NCBI GenBank assembly: GCA_016185505.1
Contig: JACPNL010000010.1
Span: 1-55,825 of the forward strand
DNA: 55,825 nt
Source of the DNA: Candidatus Yanofskybacteria bacterium
Lineage (GTDB): Bacteria; Patescibacteriota; Minisyncoccia; 2-02-FULL-40-12; GWA2-44-9
Reading direction: 5' to 3'
This document shows positions 18,139-27,070 of the stretch, piece by piece (position 1 is the stretch's first letter; every line of letters begins with the position of its first letter). Under the pieces are notes generated by a model that saw nothing but the letters and a program-made list of their open reading frames with translations, did no database searches and was not told the origin of the DNA. The position numbers and the translations under genes are program-made.

Positions 18139-19707
18139 ATGAAACCTGTCGTTCTAACAATTCTTGACGGCTGGGGATACTCGCCGCAAAAACACGGCAA
18201 TGCTATTTTATACGCGCGGACGCCTTTTGTTGAGCTCATTCAGCGCAATTATCCTTCTTTGCTTTTACAGGCCTCGGGAAAAGCGGTGGGGATGACTTGG
18301 GGCGAGGCGGGCAATAGCGAGGTCGGCCACTTGACTATCGGCGCGGGCAGAACCATATTTCAATATCTAAGCCGGATAAATAAAGCCATAAGCGACGGCA
18401 GTTTTTACCAAAACGAAGCGCTATTGGGAGCAGTCAAACACGCTAAGGAAAATTATTCTACTCTCCATGTTGCCGGTCTTTTGACATCCGGCTCGGTACA
18501 TGCCCACATCAGTCATTTATTGGCGCTAATAGACCTGGCTGCCAAGAATGATTTTGCTAACATCAGAATTCATCTTTTTACCGATGGCAAGGACTCTGGA
18601 CTGAAAGAAGCGCCGTTCTTGATCAAAAAGTTCCAAGATCATGCCTCTAAGGTTGGAGTTGGGGTGATAACGACGCTTATTGGCAGGGATTACGCGATGG
18701 ATAGGGCTAAGAATTGGGATGACACAAGAAAAGCATACGATCTCCTCGTCCGCGGAGCAGGAGATCCCGTAAAATCACAAGGCGATAACGGGGCAGGAAA
18801 AACAGACGATATCTTTTCAAAAATAGAGACGGCATACCAGATGGGATACATTGATTCTAATTTGCCCCCATTGATAACCGACAAACAAGGCGTCATTAAA
18901 GACGGCGACGCGTTGATATTCTTCAACTTCAGAGAGGACTCGATGCGCCAGCTCACAAGAAGTTTCATAGAAGATGACTTCCAAATTTTTCCGGTGGAAA
19001 AATTTGGCAATTTATATGTCGTTACCATGACCCAATACCTTGATGATCCCCGCCTAAAAGTCGCCTTTCCTTTGCCGGAAATAAAAAACGGCCTTGCGGA
19101 AGTTTTAGCCTTGAACGGAAAAACTCAACTGCATATTGCTGAATCGGAAAAGTACGCCCACGCCACGTATTTCTTTAATGGCTTGAATAACACGCCTTAT
19201 TCCGGCGAAACGGATATATTTATAGAATCATTAAAAGACCACGCTCTTAATCCGGAAATGAGAGCTCCTGACATAGCGGATAAAGTAATAGAATATCTAA
19301 AACAGGATCAGTATGACTTTTATATCATAAATTTTGCCAATCCGGACGTTTTGGCGCATACCGGAGACCTGGAGACGACAATAAGAGGAGTAGAGACGAT
19401 AGACGAAGCGTTAAAACAAATAACAGAAGCCGTCTTGAACAAAGAAGGTATGATGCTCATTACAGCCGACCACGGTAACGCGGAGTCAATGGTGTATGAG
19501 TCCTCGGGTGAGAAAAAGTCAAGACACGAAGAAAGCCCTGTGCCTTTCTATCTAATAGGCAAACAGTTCGCGAGAGAACGCGAAATAGAAGAGGTTGAAA
19601 AGTCCTTCTCGCAAGTCAGTGGCATATTGAGTGATATCGCGCCCACCGTGCTGGAATTAATGGAAATACCAAAACCCGAAGAAATGACAGGGAACTCTCT
19701 TTTGTAA
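18139..19707 (+). CDS. gpmI: 2,3-bisphosphoglycerate-independent phosphoglycerate mutase
   Basis: ILDGWG, GNSEVGH, GRDYAMDR, NFRED, EKYAH, TADHGNAE. Confidence 0.97.
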   Translation: MKPVVLTILDGWGYSPQKHGNAILYARTPFVELIQRNYPSLLLQASGKAVGMTWGEAGNSEVGHLTIGAGRTIFQYLSRINKAISDGSFYQNEALLGAVKHAKENYSTLHVAGLLTSGSVHAHISHLLALIDLAAKNDFANIRIHLFTDGKDSGLKEAPFLIKKFQDHASKVGVGVITTLIGRDYAMDRAKNWDDTRKAYDLLVRGAGDPVKSQGDNGAGKTDDIFSKIETAYQMGYIDSNLPPLITDKQGVIKDGDALIFFNFREDSMRQLTRSFIEDDFQIFPVEKFGNLYVVTMTQYLDDPRLKVAFPLPEIKNGLAEVLALNGKTQLHIAESEKYAHATYFFNGLNNTPYSGETDIFIESLKDHALNPEMRAPDIADKVIEYLKQDQYDFYIINFANPDVLAHTGDLETTIRGVETIDEALKQITEAVLNKEGMMLITADHGNAESMVYESSGEKKSRHEESPVPFYLIGKQFAREREIEEVEKSFSQVSGILSDIAPTVLELMEIPKPEEMTGNSLL

Positions 19708-19782
19708 TTACTGACATAATCGCAAAAGAACAAATTTTTGAGTTTGTTTAGAATTTACCAATTGACGCGTTAAAGTCTGCTA

Positions 19783-20190
19783 TTAATCTTCGTATGTTTT
19801 TTTATATCCACTAATTTGTCCGGATATTGCTAAGAGATTCGAGCCAATGATTTTTAATAAAGCGGCCACTTTGGTTGTATTCGGATTAGCCGCATACCGT
19901 TTGATAACTTCATTTATGGCTTCTCCCGCCTCCCATTCATCTTGCGCTTCTGAAACAACAAATTCAAAATTTACAACTTGCTGAAGTTGGCTGACTGTAT
20001 CTGTATCTTTGATTTGCTTATCTCTAAGAAGCATCCTTATCCCCACATCTGCTTTTAAGAGAGTCTTATTATCTTTCTCCAATTCAAAGAACCGTTCGCC
20101 TTCTAGATTATACATATCTTGAAACTCTTTGCTGATTTCATCTGTTTCGGCGGTGTTAGCAGGCGGTAATTTTTCTTTTATATTTGTCAT
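19783..20190 (-). CDS. hypothetical protein
   Basis: 135-aa ORF directly downstream of mnmA. Confidence 0.6.
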   Translation of the reverse strand: MTNIKEKLPPANTAETDEISKEFQDMYNLEGERFFELEKDNKTLLKADVGIRMLLRDKQIKDTDTVSQLQQVVNFEFVVSEAQDEWEAGEAINEVIKRYAANPNTTKVAALLKIIGSNLLAISGQISGYKKTYED

Positions 20191-20202
20191 AGTATATTTA
20201 TC

Positions 20203-21360
20203 TTACAATATTATTCCCCCTCCGAGAAGCTGCTGACCTTTATAAAATACGGCTGATTGACCGGGGGTTACGGCTGACTCTGGTTTTTTGAACACGATTT
20301 CGCCACTATTTTTTACAACCGCTTTAGACAACGGCGCCCTATAGCGCGTCCGCGCATCCAACTCCTCGCCCCTGTGGATAAACGACTTGCGAAGTCGTTT
20401 ATCCACAGGTTGAGCTATTGGATTTATCCAGTTTATAGCGGTTAATTTGAAATTTTGAGAGAGTAGATCTTTCTTCGAACCGACGTAAATGATGTTATTT
20501 TTGATATCTTTCCTAACAACAAAATAGGGGCCCTTGCCGTTCTTTATATCCAGACCGTGCCTTTGGCCGATGGTATAGTAGAACACGCCATCGTGTTGTC
20601 CAACAACACGCCCTGAGCGAGCAAAACGAGTCGAATGGGCAACATCCAACAAGATAATATTTCCGATCTTTGGCTTGATATAATTTTTTAAAAATTCTTT
20701 CATGTTTAACGGCCCGATGAAGCACACTCCCTGGCTATCTTTCTTGTCAGCCGTCGACAGGCCGAATTTTTTAGCCATTCTCCTAACCTCCGGTTTTGTA
20801 TAGTCACCAATCGGAAAGAAGCAATGTTTCAACTGCCTCTGGGTTAAGGTCCAGAGAAAATAGGATTGATCTTTGTTCTGGTCAACAGCTTTTAATAATT
20901 TATAGTCATTAATTTTTAATTTTTCATTTTTATTTTTTAATTTTCTTATGTAGTGTCCCGTCGCAATGTAATCCGCTCCTTCTTCCAATGCCTTCTCCAA
21001 AAATAGCCCGAACTTGATATGCTTATTGCACATTACATCCGGATTAGGCGTTTGACCGGTTTTATATTCTCGTATCATGTAGTCAGCCACTTCTTTTTTA
21101 TATTCTTGTGAAAAGTCCCACGTCAAAAGAGGAATGCCAATTTTTGCCGCTACCCGCATCGCGTCTTCTCGGTCTTGCTTCCAAAGACACCTGTGGATAA
21201 ACGACTTCGCAAGTCGTTTATCCACAGGTGGGCTCCATGGTTTCATAAAAACACCGGTTACATCGTAACCTTGTTTTTTCAACAGAGCAGCAGCCACAGA
21301 AGAGTCAACTCCTCCGGACATAGCAACATAAATCTTTTGTTTTTTAACTTGACGTTTCAT
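20203..21360 (-). CDS. mnmA: tRNA 2-thiouridylase MnmA
   Basis: AMSGGVDSS, TPNPDVMCN, ATGHY, KDQSYFL, DSQGVCF, TPGQSAVFY. Confidence 0.98.
   Translation of the reverse strand: MKRQVKKQKIYVAMSGGVDSSVAAALLKKQGYDVTGVFMKPWSPPVDKRLAKSFIHRCLWKQDREDAMRVAAKIGIPLLTWDFSQEYKKEVADYMIREYKTGQTPNPDVMCNKHIKFGLFLEKALEEGADYIATGHYIRKLKNKNEKLKINDYKLLKAVDQNKDQSYFLWTLTQRQLKHCFFPIGDYTKPEVRRMAKKFGLSTADKKDSQGVCFIGPLNMKEFLKNYIKPKIGNIILLDVAHSTRFARSGRVVGQHDGVFYYTIGQRHGLDIKNGKGPYFVVRKDIKNNIIYVGSKKDLLSQNFKLTAINWINPIAQPVDKRLRKSFIHRGEELDARTRYRAPLSKAVVKNSGEIVFKKPESAVTPGQSAVFYKGQQLLGGGIIL
20371..20409. repeat. 39-bp palindromic element, in frame in mnmA (opposite orientation)
   Basis: Loop reads gcg on +. Encodes PVDKRLRKSFIHR. 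Confidence 0.95.
21190..21228. repeat. 39-bp palindromic element, in frame in mnmA
   Basis: Identical to 2700-2738. Encodes PVDKRLAKSFIHR. Confidence 0.95.
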
Positions 21361-21420
21361 AGATTTTAAATTATAGTATGAAAAGCATTTTTTGACAATT
21401 CAATCGAAAAAAGGGGGGGC

Positions 21421-21918
21421 TTGATGATTGATATTTTTACTATCATCGGAGCACTTTTGTTTTTCAGCGTCACACCTTTTCTCGAAGAAAATATAAGAGG
21501 GGGGAAATGGCTAATATTGCTTTGTACTCTTTTTATTTTGATGGCCATATTAAGAATTCCGCTATCAGGAGGAATTTCCGAATTTACTCAAATTATAAAA
21601 ATTGGCGTAATTGCAATTCTTTTATTGCTATGGTTTAAAAACAAAACCCAACTAGGATTCCTTGTAATAAGTATGGGGCTGGCCAGCAATACTTTGGTGA
21701 TATTTGTAAACGGGGGCATGCCTGTATCCTCTGATTTTAGCGGTGATTTTATTCTCCCGACCGGGTACCTAATAGCGAACGACCAAACTGTTCTTACGGT
21801 TTTGAGCGATTGGATTCCGGGGTTGTTTTGGGAAGAATATGTTTCTCCGGGTGATTATTTATTGTCTTCAGCGTTTTATATTTTTTGGTTCCAAAATAGA
21901 AAAAATAAACCGGCCTGA
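21421..21918 (+). CDS. membrane protein, DUF5317-like
   Basis: Hydrophobic. SN..VI..NGGMPVS, LSDWIP and SPGD motifs. Confidence 0.7.
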   Translation: MMIDIFTIIGALLFFSVTPFLEENIRGGKWLILLCTLFILMAILRIPLSGGISEFTQIIKIGVIAILLLLWFKNKTQLGFLVISMGLASNTLVIFVNGGMPVSSDFSGDFILPTGYLIANDQTVLTVLSDWIPGLFWEEYVSPGDYLLSSAFYIFWFQNRKNKPA

Positions 21919-21989
21919 CGGCCGGTATTTAATTAGCCCAACAACTCAATGGACGCGCCCATTGAGTTGTTGGGCATAAAAGACTCTGT

Positions 21990-23357
21990 TTAATCAAATA
22001 TTTTCAGCTCTCTTATCATTCTAAATTTCCTTAAAAAGTCCCTAGTTTCGGGCACCGCTCCGCGAGAGTTTAAGTCCAACCCGCCGGTAGTTAAATTATA
22101 CTTACTTGGACCGCCGTTATATATCATTCCCCTTACTTCATTTAGTTGATCCGGGGTTAAACCGTTAAACACCGCTCTGGCCCGTGAACCCCCGTTTTGA
22201 ACTCTATTTACAACGGTAGCCATGTGGTCGTCAAATACAAGAATTTGGGCCTTTATGGAATTTTTTATATCAATCCTGCCGATATCGGTATCTTTTATTA
22301 AATTGGCGGAAAGAAAACCGACAACCATGCTGTCATAAGTGCGGGGCATAATTTGGTTGGCGCCGGAGGCGCCGGTCTTAGAAACGGTATATCGAAACGC
22401 TTTTTCTCCATTGGCGCCGAAACGCCACAAAACTCTTTCAGCCTGTTCTCGGCCGCCATCCTCCGATGCAAACATCAGTTTGGGATCTGTTTGTTCGGTT
22501 AGGGTAATTTCTTTAACGAATTTCTGGGTCATCGTGTCGGTAACTAATTTACCCGGAAAAGCCTTGGATTCAACTCCGGCTTTTTCTAACTCCTCAAACG
22601 CTTGCGCGACATGAATATCTAGAAAGTCCTTACCGGAATCAACTATCGCGGGATCGCGTACTGACTTAGAATAAGGCGCGTATACAACATCAGAATATTT
22701 AGGGCCGGTCTTATCTTCGAGATATGCCAGACCGTCGTTACTCATCAAGAACTTATTGCCGATAACAATATATCTTGCCGGCTCACTAATCTTAACCTCA
22801 TCTGACTCAAGAACCGATCCAACAACGCCTAGATCAGAATTAAAATTATTCCACCAATATACAACAACCGATAGCTCGTCTTGATCATCCACGGGTTGAA
22901 AATAAGGCATACTTGTAGGATTCGGTTCGTAGTTTCTTCTCATTCTGTTGGCAATTTGTATCTCTTTTTCGTCCAGCCAATAGCGTCTAAGAAAGACCGC
23001 GCCCGCATCCGCGCTTATATTTGTATCAAGAATAGCTAACTCAATTTCTTTGCCGGTTAATCTGTTGTTTTTTTCTTCGAATTGAAGAGAAGGAGATTGT
23101 TCAAGATATGTTTTTGCCAATTCCATTTGATCAGCCAGAGTCCAGACGGGCATTTGAGGCAAAGGCGATACTTCAAGGTCAATAGTCTTACTCGGCAACG
23201 CCTCGGATATTTGAGCGGCTATTTGCGCGGATAGTTGAGTATATTTGGCGCCCAAAACAAATGCTGATATCACGAGAACTGTTAAAACAAGGAGAAGAAT
23301 TTTGCCGGGAAATTTTTTGAGTTGCATTTTGAGTTGCCTTAGTTTATCAAAGGACAT
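21990..23357 (-). CDS. membrane-anchored lytic transglycosylase (SLT)-like protein
   Basis: SKTGASGANQIMPRTY and YNGGP motifs, N-terminal TM. Confidence 0.7.
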   Translation of the reverse strand: MSFDKLRQLKMQLKKFPGKILLLVLTVLVISAFVLGAKYTQLSAQIAAQISEALPSKTIDLEVSPLPQMPVWTLADQMELAKTYLEQSPSLQFEEKNNRLTGKEIELAILDTNISADAGAVFLRRYWLDEKEIQIANRMRRNYEPNPTSMPYFQPVDDQDELSVVVYWWNNFNSDLGVVGSVLESDEVKISEPARYIVIGNKFLMSNDGLAYLEDKTGPKYSDVVYAPYSKSVRDPAIVDSGKDFLDIHVAQAFEELEKAGVESKAFPGKLVTDTMTQKFVKEITLTEQTDPKLMFASEDGGREQAERVLWRFGANGEKAFRYTVSKTGASGANQIMPRTYDSMVVGFLSANLIKDTDIGRIDIKNSIKAQILVFDDHMATVVNRVQNGGSRARAVFNGLTPDQLNEVRGMIYNGGPSKYNLTTGGLDLNSRGAVPETRDFLRKFRMIRELKIFD

Positions 23358-23372
23358 AGGAGTAAATTAACA

Positions 23373-23581
23373 TAATTAACCTAATTATTCTAATTAACCT
23401 AATTGACCTAAATAAATCCTCCCGATTTTGTCTGCTTCGCAGAAACAAAATCGAGGATCCTCGATATTCGCAAGCGAATATCGGGACAATGACCTAATAA
23501 CCAATGCCTGAAGGTTTTAGACATTAAAAATTAGGTATTATTTAGAATAATTAGAGCAATTAGAATAATTAGAATAATTTT
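23373..23581. repeat. 9-nt-period foldback element with a nested palindrome
   Basis: taattattc/taattaacc/taattgacc arm versus aattagaat/aattagagc arm. Related to 42899-43043 and 46271-46413. Confidence 0.85.
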
Positions 23582-24913
23582 CTATAGGTTCTTTTCTATC
23601 TCATCAGCCTTGTTCAAAACAGTTCTTGAATAATAGTTACATATGCTTGATGAGCACTTCGTGCTGCCTCCGATATACGCGCGGGCCGCGCCGCTTTCGG
23701 CTGTCCTTGTTTTTTTGTCTGCTCCTCCATTAGCTAATTTGATTGCCGAGGCCATAAAAGCATCCTCTATACTCCACGGATTTGGCGGATTGTGGCCGGT
23801 CAGGCGCGCTACTTCTTCCGCGTAAGCAAGCCACGTTGACGGTATGAATTGGGCCGGCCCCATCGCTCCGCCGCAACCGTAATTTGGTTCGCGGGATACC
23901 TTAACGGAGTTAGGATCAATGCCCAGTTGGCTGGTTATCTTTAGAAAGGCTGCTTCCTCCGTGGCCGCTCTCTGATAGTAATAAGTTCTCCTGTGCGGAT
24001 ACCAGATATCGCCTAAACGCCTGTAGCAAAGGACCATATCGTCCTGCCAATTGCCGGAGCCAACATTCTGTCCAAGACGGGACTCTATTTCCAAAATGGC
24101 AAGCAGGAACGCCGGCCTTATACCGGCTCTGATAGCGGCAAGTTGAGCATACCTTACCGCGTCTTCAGCGGTAATTCCGTGTTGGGTAAGAAAGGTCAGC
24201 TGTTCCCTGATTTTTTCTATATCTCTCTGCGATTTTTGGATCAGTTCCTGAAATTTTGATTCTTGCCCTTTTGTTTCTTTCAGTATGGTATCCTTTTCTT
24301 TTTTATTGATGTCCAAACTCCTTTTCTGAACCGCTTGGATCCCGATTAAATGTTCCAAGTCGGTCTTTTTCCCCTCCAACGAGATTTGGCGGTCTTCCAG
24401 ATCAGTTTTCAGTTGCCTTATGTTCTGGATGGCAATCTTTAGATTATCCTGGGTATTCGCAAGGTCATTAAGATAATTAAAAAAATCGGATAGATTTTCA
24501 TTATTGAATAAAATTTCAGTCAGCGTGATCTGATCGTTCTGATAGGCAATTTTTAGGTATTGAGCCAGAGCGTTTTTGTGTTTTTCTAGCGCTTGTTCCG
24601 ATTCGCCTATTTGTTTTTCTGTCTCCCCTATTTCTAATTTTGTTTTACTTACGGAGAGCTCAAGCCCCCTGATCTCAAGGGTTATTTGGTTAATCTTCGC
24701 GTTCAATTTCCCTATCTCGTTTTCAAGAGTTCTTGATTGTCCCCGAGTTATGTCTATCTGGCTTTGGTATTCATTAATCTGCCTCTGCAGCTCTTCTATC
24801 TGCCTCTGGCGTTCGGCTATCTCATCCTGCACGCCTGCTTTTCCATCCGATACAAAAATTGACAACGACAAAACTACCAAAAAAATAATCAGAAATTTTA
24901 TATATTTTTTCAT
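23582..24913 (-). CDS. coiled-coil plus lytic murein transglycosylase protein
   Basis: Signal peptide, long coiled coil, LEIES and GAMGPAQFIPSTW. Likely start MKKYIK. Confidence 0.85.
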   Translation of the reverse strand: MKKYIKFLIIFLVVLSLSIFVSDGKAGVQDEIAERQRQIEELQRQINEYQSQIDITRGQSRTLENEIGKLNAKINQITLEIRGLELSVSKTKLEIGETEKQIGESEQALEKHKNALAQYLKIAYQNDQITLTEILFNNENLSDFFNYLNDLANTQDNLKIAIQNIRQLKTDLEDRQISLEGKKTDLEHLIGIQAVQKRSLDINKKEKDTILKETKGQESKFQELIQKSQRDIEKIREQLTFLTQHGITAEDAVRYAQLAAIRAGIRPAFLLAILEIESRLGQNVGSGNWQDDMVLCYRRLGDIWYPHRRTYYYQRAATEEAAFLKITSQLGIDPNSVKVSREPNYGCGGAMGPAQFIPSTWLAYAEEVARLTGHNPPNPWSIEDAFMASAIKLANGGADKKTRTAESGAARAYIGGSTKCSSSICNYYSRTVLNKADEIEKNL

Positions 24914-25004
24914 TTCTTTACTACTCACTACATACCACACTCTACTTACCGCTATCTCACTGTTGATTATATCACATGACTCTTAAAGCGATATATCGTA
25001 TAAT

Positions 25005-27044
25005 TTGATTATGATGTTACTCAATAAAAAAGCAACGCGTTTTTTAACTATTTTAATACTCTTGGTTATTTCTGGAGCTTATTTAACTTCAGATATTTCT
25101 GCCGCCCCAAACGAAGAATCAACCGTCATTCAAATAAACAATCAAAACCCCGGCCTGATAAGCAGCACTCCGGATATTTTTACCAACCTTGTTGCCTGCG
25201 CTCTGTGGCAAAAAGACAGCAACTGGGGACGAAACGGCAAACGAGGCAATCCTAACGATTTAAGCAATGACGCTATCGCCTATAAAAATTCTGCCAGCAT
25301 CGGCCTTGGCGGAGTGGATATTATTGATATTATAGGCGGCGTTGACGGACCCGACCCCCAGCCCGGTTGGATTGATGTCACCCAGCCGGGTGTTGCCGGC
25401 GTTTGGGTCAAGCCAGATCCCTGTAGCGGCGCCGGAGGGCCGCCCGGTCCGGGCGGTGGAGGCGGCGGTGTTCCAGTCGGCTCAAATCTTGGTATTAGCG
25501 GTGATACATTCACTATCGGCGGAGTTTCTAAATTTTTGGTTCTAGCTTCATATTTTGACGCCTTAGACGCTTCTAACCTCGGCGGCGATTTAGATTATCT
25601 AAAATCAAAAGGAATTGACGGGATAAGAATATTCCCGAACTGGTGGGATTTTGATCCGGATAGCCAGACCTTTAATCCCGGAAACACCCTAATGGACGTA
25701 AATGGGAATATTAGTAGTAGCCGCATGAGCGATCTGTTAAGCGTTTTAAGCGCGGCAAAGAGCAGAAACATGATAGTAGACGTAACTTTTGCCAGAGAAA
25801 CAGTGCCCGGACCATGCGACGGGGACAGAATCCCAAATGTAATGTGCATGTCCGAATTTATGGAAGGAACAGAATCGGCAGTAAGACAGATTAACTCGGC
25901 CGGATACGGCAATGTGTTTTTTGACATCCAAAACGAATTTGAACAATTCAACTTTTCAAATTCTGACTTAATAGCGATTAAAAATAGAATTAAAAGTGTA
26001 AATTCAAATTTTATAGTTTCCGCTTCAGAAGTCGGGGGCGGTTCCGGCATCGCGGTGAGCACCGGCATGGACATAGTGAACACTCACGAACCCAGAGACA
26101 ATTGGCCCTCAAGTGTCTCTAGCGTCGTCTCCTCTGCGACTTCAACCAGAAAGCCAATTTATCTTGGCGAGTCGGCCAGAGTTGGCGATGGAGCCGACAG
26201 TACTCAAGAGTTCATCACCGCTGTAAGCGATACAAAAAGAGCCGGCGGAGCGGCTTGGACTTTTCATAGCCGAGCTAATTTTAATCTGGACAACTCATCT
26301 TTACAGAACAATTATAACCAAATAGAGAAAGATTTTCTTGACCAGTTTTTGTCTTCATTAAACAGGGTCACTTGGGGCGCAACGGGAATAACGAGCGGAG
26401 GCGGAGGAACCCTACCACCCCCCGGTCCCGGCCCGGGGCCAGCGCCAGAACCATCCGGCCCTCCAATTATTAACGGCATTAGCCCGCAAAAAGCGGTCGT
26501 GGGAGAAACGGTAGAAATTATCGGTTCTAATCTGACAACATCCGTAAAACTAGAAAATCTTGAAAACGAAAATTTCTATACAATTACCGCGTTTGTTCGT
26601 CAAAATAATACGATTGCTTCCTTTCAAGTACCTGATCTTTCAGGCGGTGTTTACAAAATTTTTAGTTTAAGTCCGCAAGGAGACACGGAAAGTCCGCAAA
26701 ATCTTACAATCAGGTCAGGCGGCAATCCTTTCGGTCAGTCGGTCCAGCCCACCATCCCAACTGAAGGACTATTGGGATTCGGTCAACTTATAGCAATGAT
26801 CTTCACCTGGTCTCTCAATATTCTGGGCATTGTTGTTTTCGTAATGATATTCTTTGCCGGATTTCAGTGGTTCACCGCCGCCGGCAATACGGCAAAAGTA
26901 AATGAGGCCAAGTCCAGAATAACCAATGCGATCACCGGAGCTCTTATCCTTCTGGCGGCGTGGATAATATTATATACGATAAACCCTGATCTGGTCGGGG
27001 GCACGTTCACTTTGCCGGGGGCAGGGATAGAAAATAGTAATTAA
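25005..27044 (+). CDS. exported GH-A (GH5-like) glycoside hydrolase + IPT domain + C-terminal T4SS-type pilin
   Basis: GIDGIRIF, DIQNE, NTHEPR and PIYLGE motifs. P/G linkers. C-terminal G..WFTAAGN...AK..ITNA..G pilin-like hairpin. Confidence 0.7.
   Translation: MIMMLLNKKATRFLTILILLVISGAYLTSDISAAPNEESTVIQINNQNPGLISSTPDIFTNLVACALWQKDSNWGRNGKRGNPNDLSNDAIAYKNSASIGLGGVDIIDIIGGVDGPDPQPGWIDVTQPGVAGVWVKPDPCSGAGGPPGPGGGGGGVPVGSNLGISGDTFTIGGVSKFLVLASYFDALDASNLGGDLDYLKSKGIDGIRIFPNWWDFDPDSQTFNPGNTLMDVNGNISSSRMSDLLSVLSAAKSRNMIVDVTFARETVPGPCDGDRIPNVMCMSEFMEGTESAVRQINSAGYGNVFFDIQNEFEQFNFSNSDLIAIKNRIKSVNSNFIVSASEVGGGSGIAVSTGMDIVNTHEPRDNWPSSVSSVVSSATSTRKPIYLGESARVGDGADSTQEFITAVSDTKRAGGAAWTFHSRANFNLDNSSLQNNYNQIEKDFLDQFLSSLNRVTWGATGITSGGGGTLPPPGPGPGPAPEPSGPPIINGISPQKAVVGETVEIIGSNLTTSVKLENLENENFYTITAFVRQNNTIASFQVPDLSGGVYKIFSLSPQGDTESPQNLTIRSGGNPFGQSVQPTIPTEGLLGFGQLIAMIFTWSLNILGIVVFVMIFFAGFQWFTAAGNTAKVNEAKSRITNAITGALILLAAWIILYTINPDLVGGTFTLPGAGIENSN
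26754..27001 (+). repeat. 248-bp direct repeat copy 1 (pilin module)
   Basis: Near-identical to 28925-29172. Confidence 0.93.
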
Positions 27045-27070
27045 GTAATTAGGTAATTGTGTAATTTTTT

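Noticed and set aside
23373-23581. CRISPR array suggested by recurring repeats
   Set aside because: The units are 9-nt tandem low-complexity repeats with no unique spacers, and there are no cas genes in the window.
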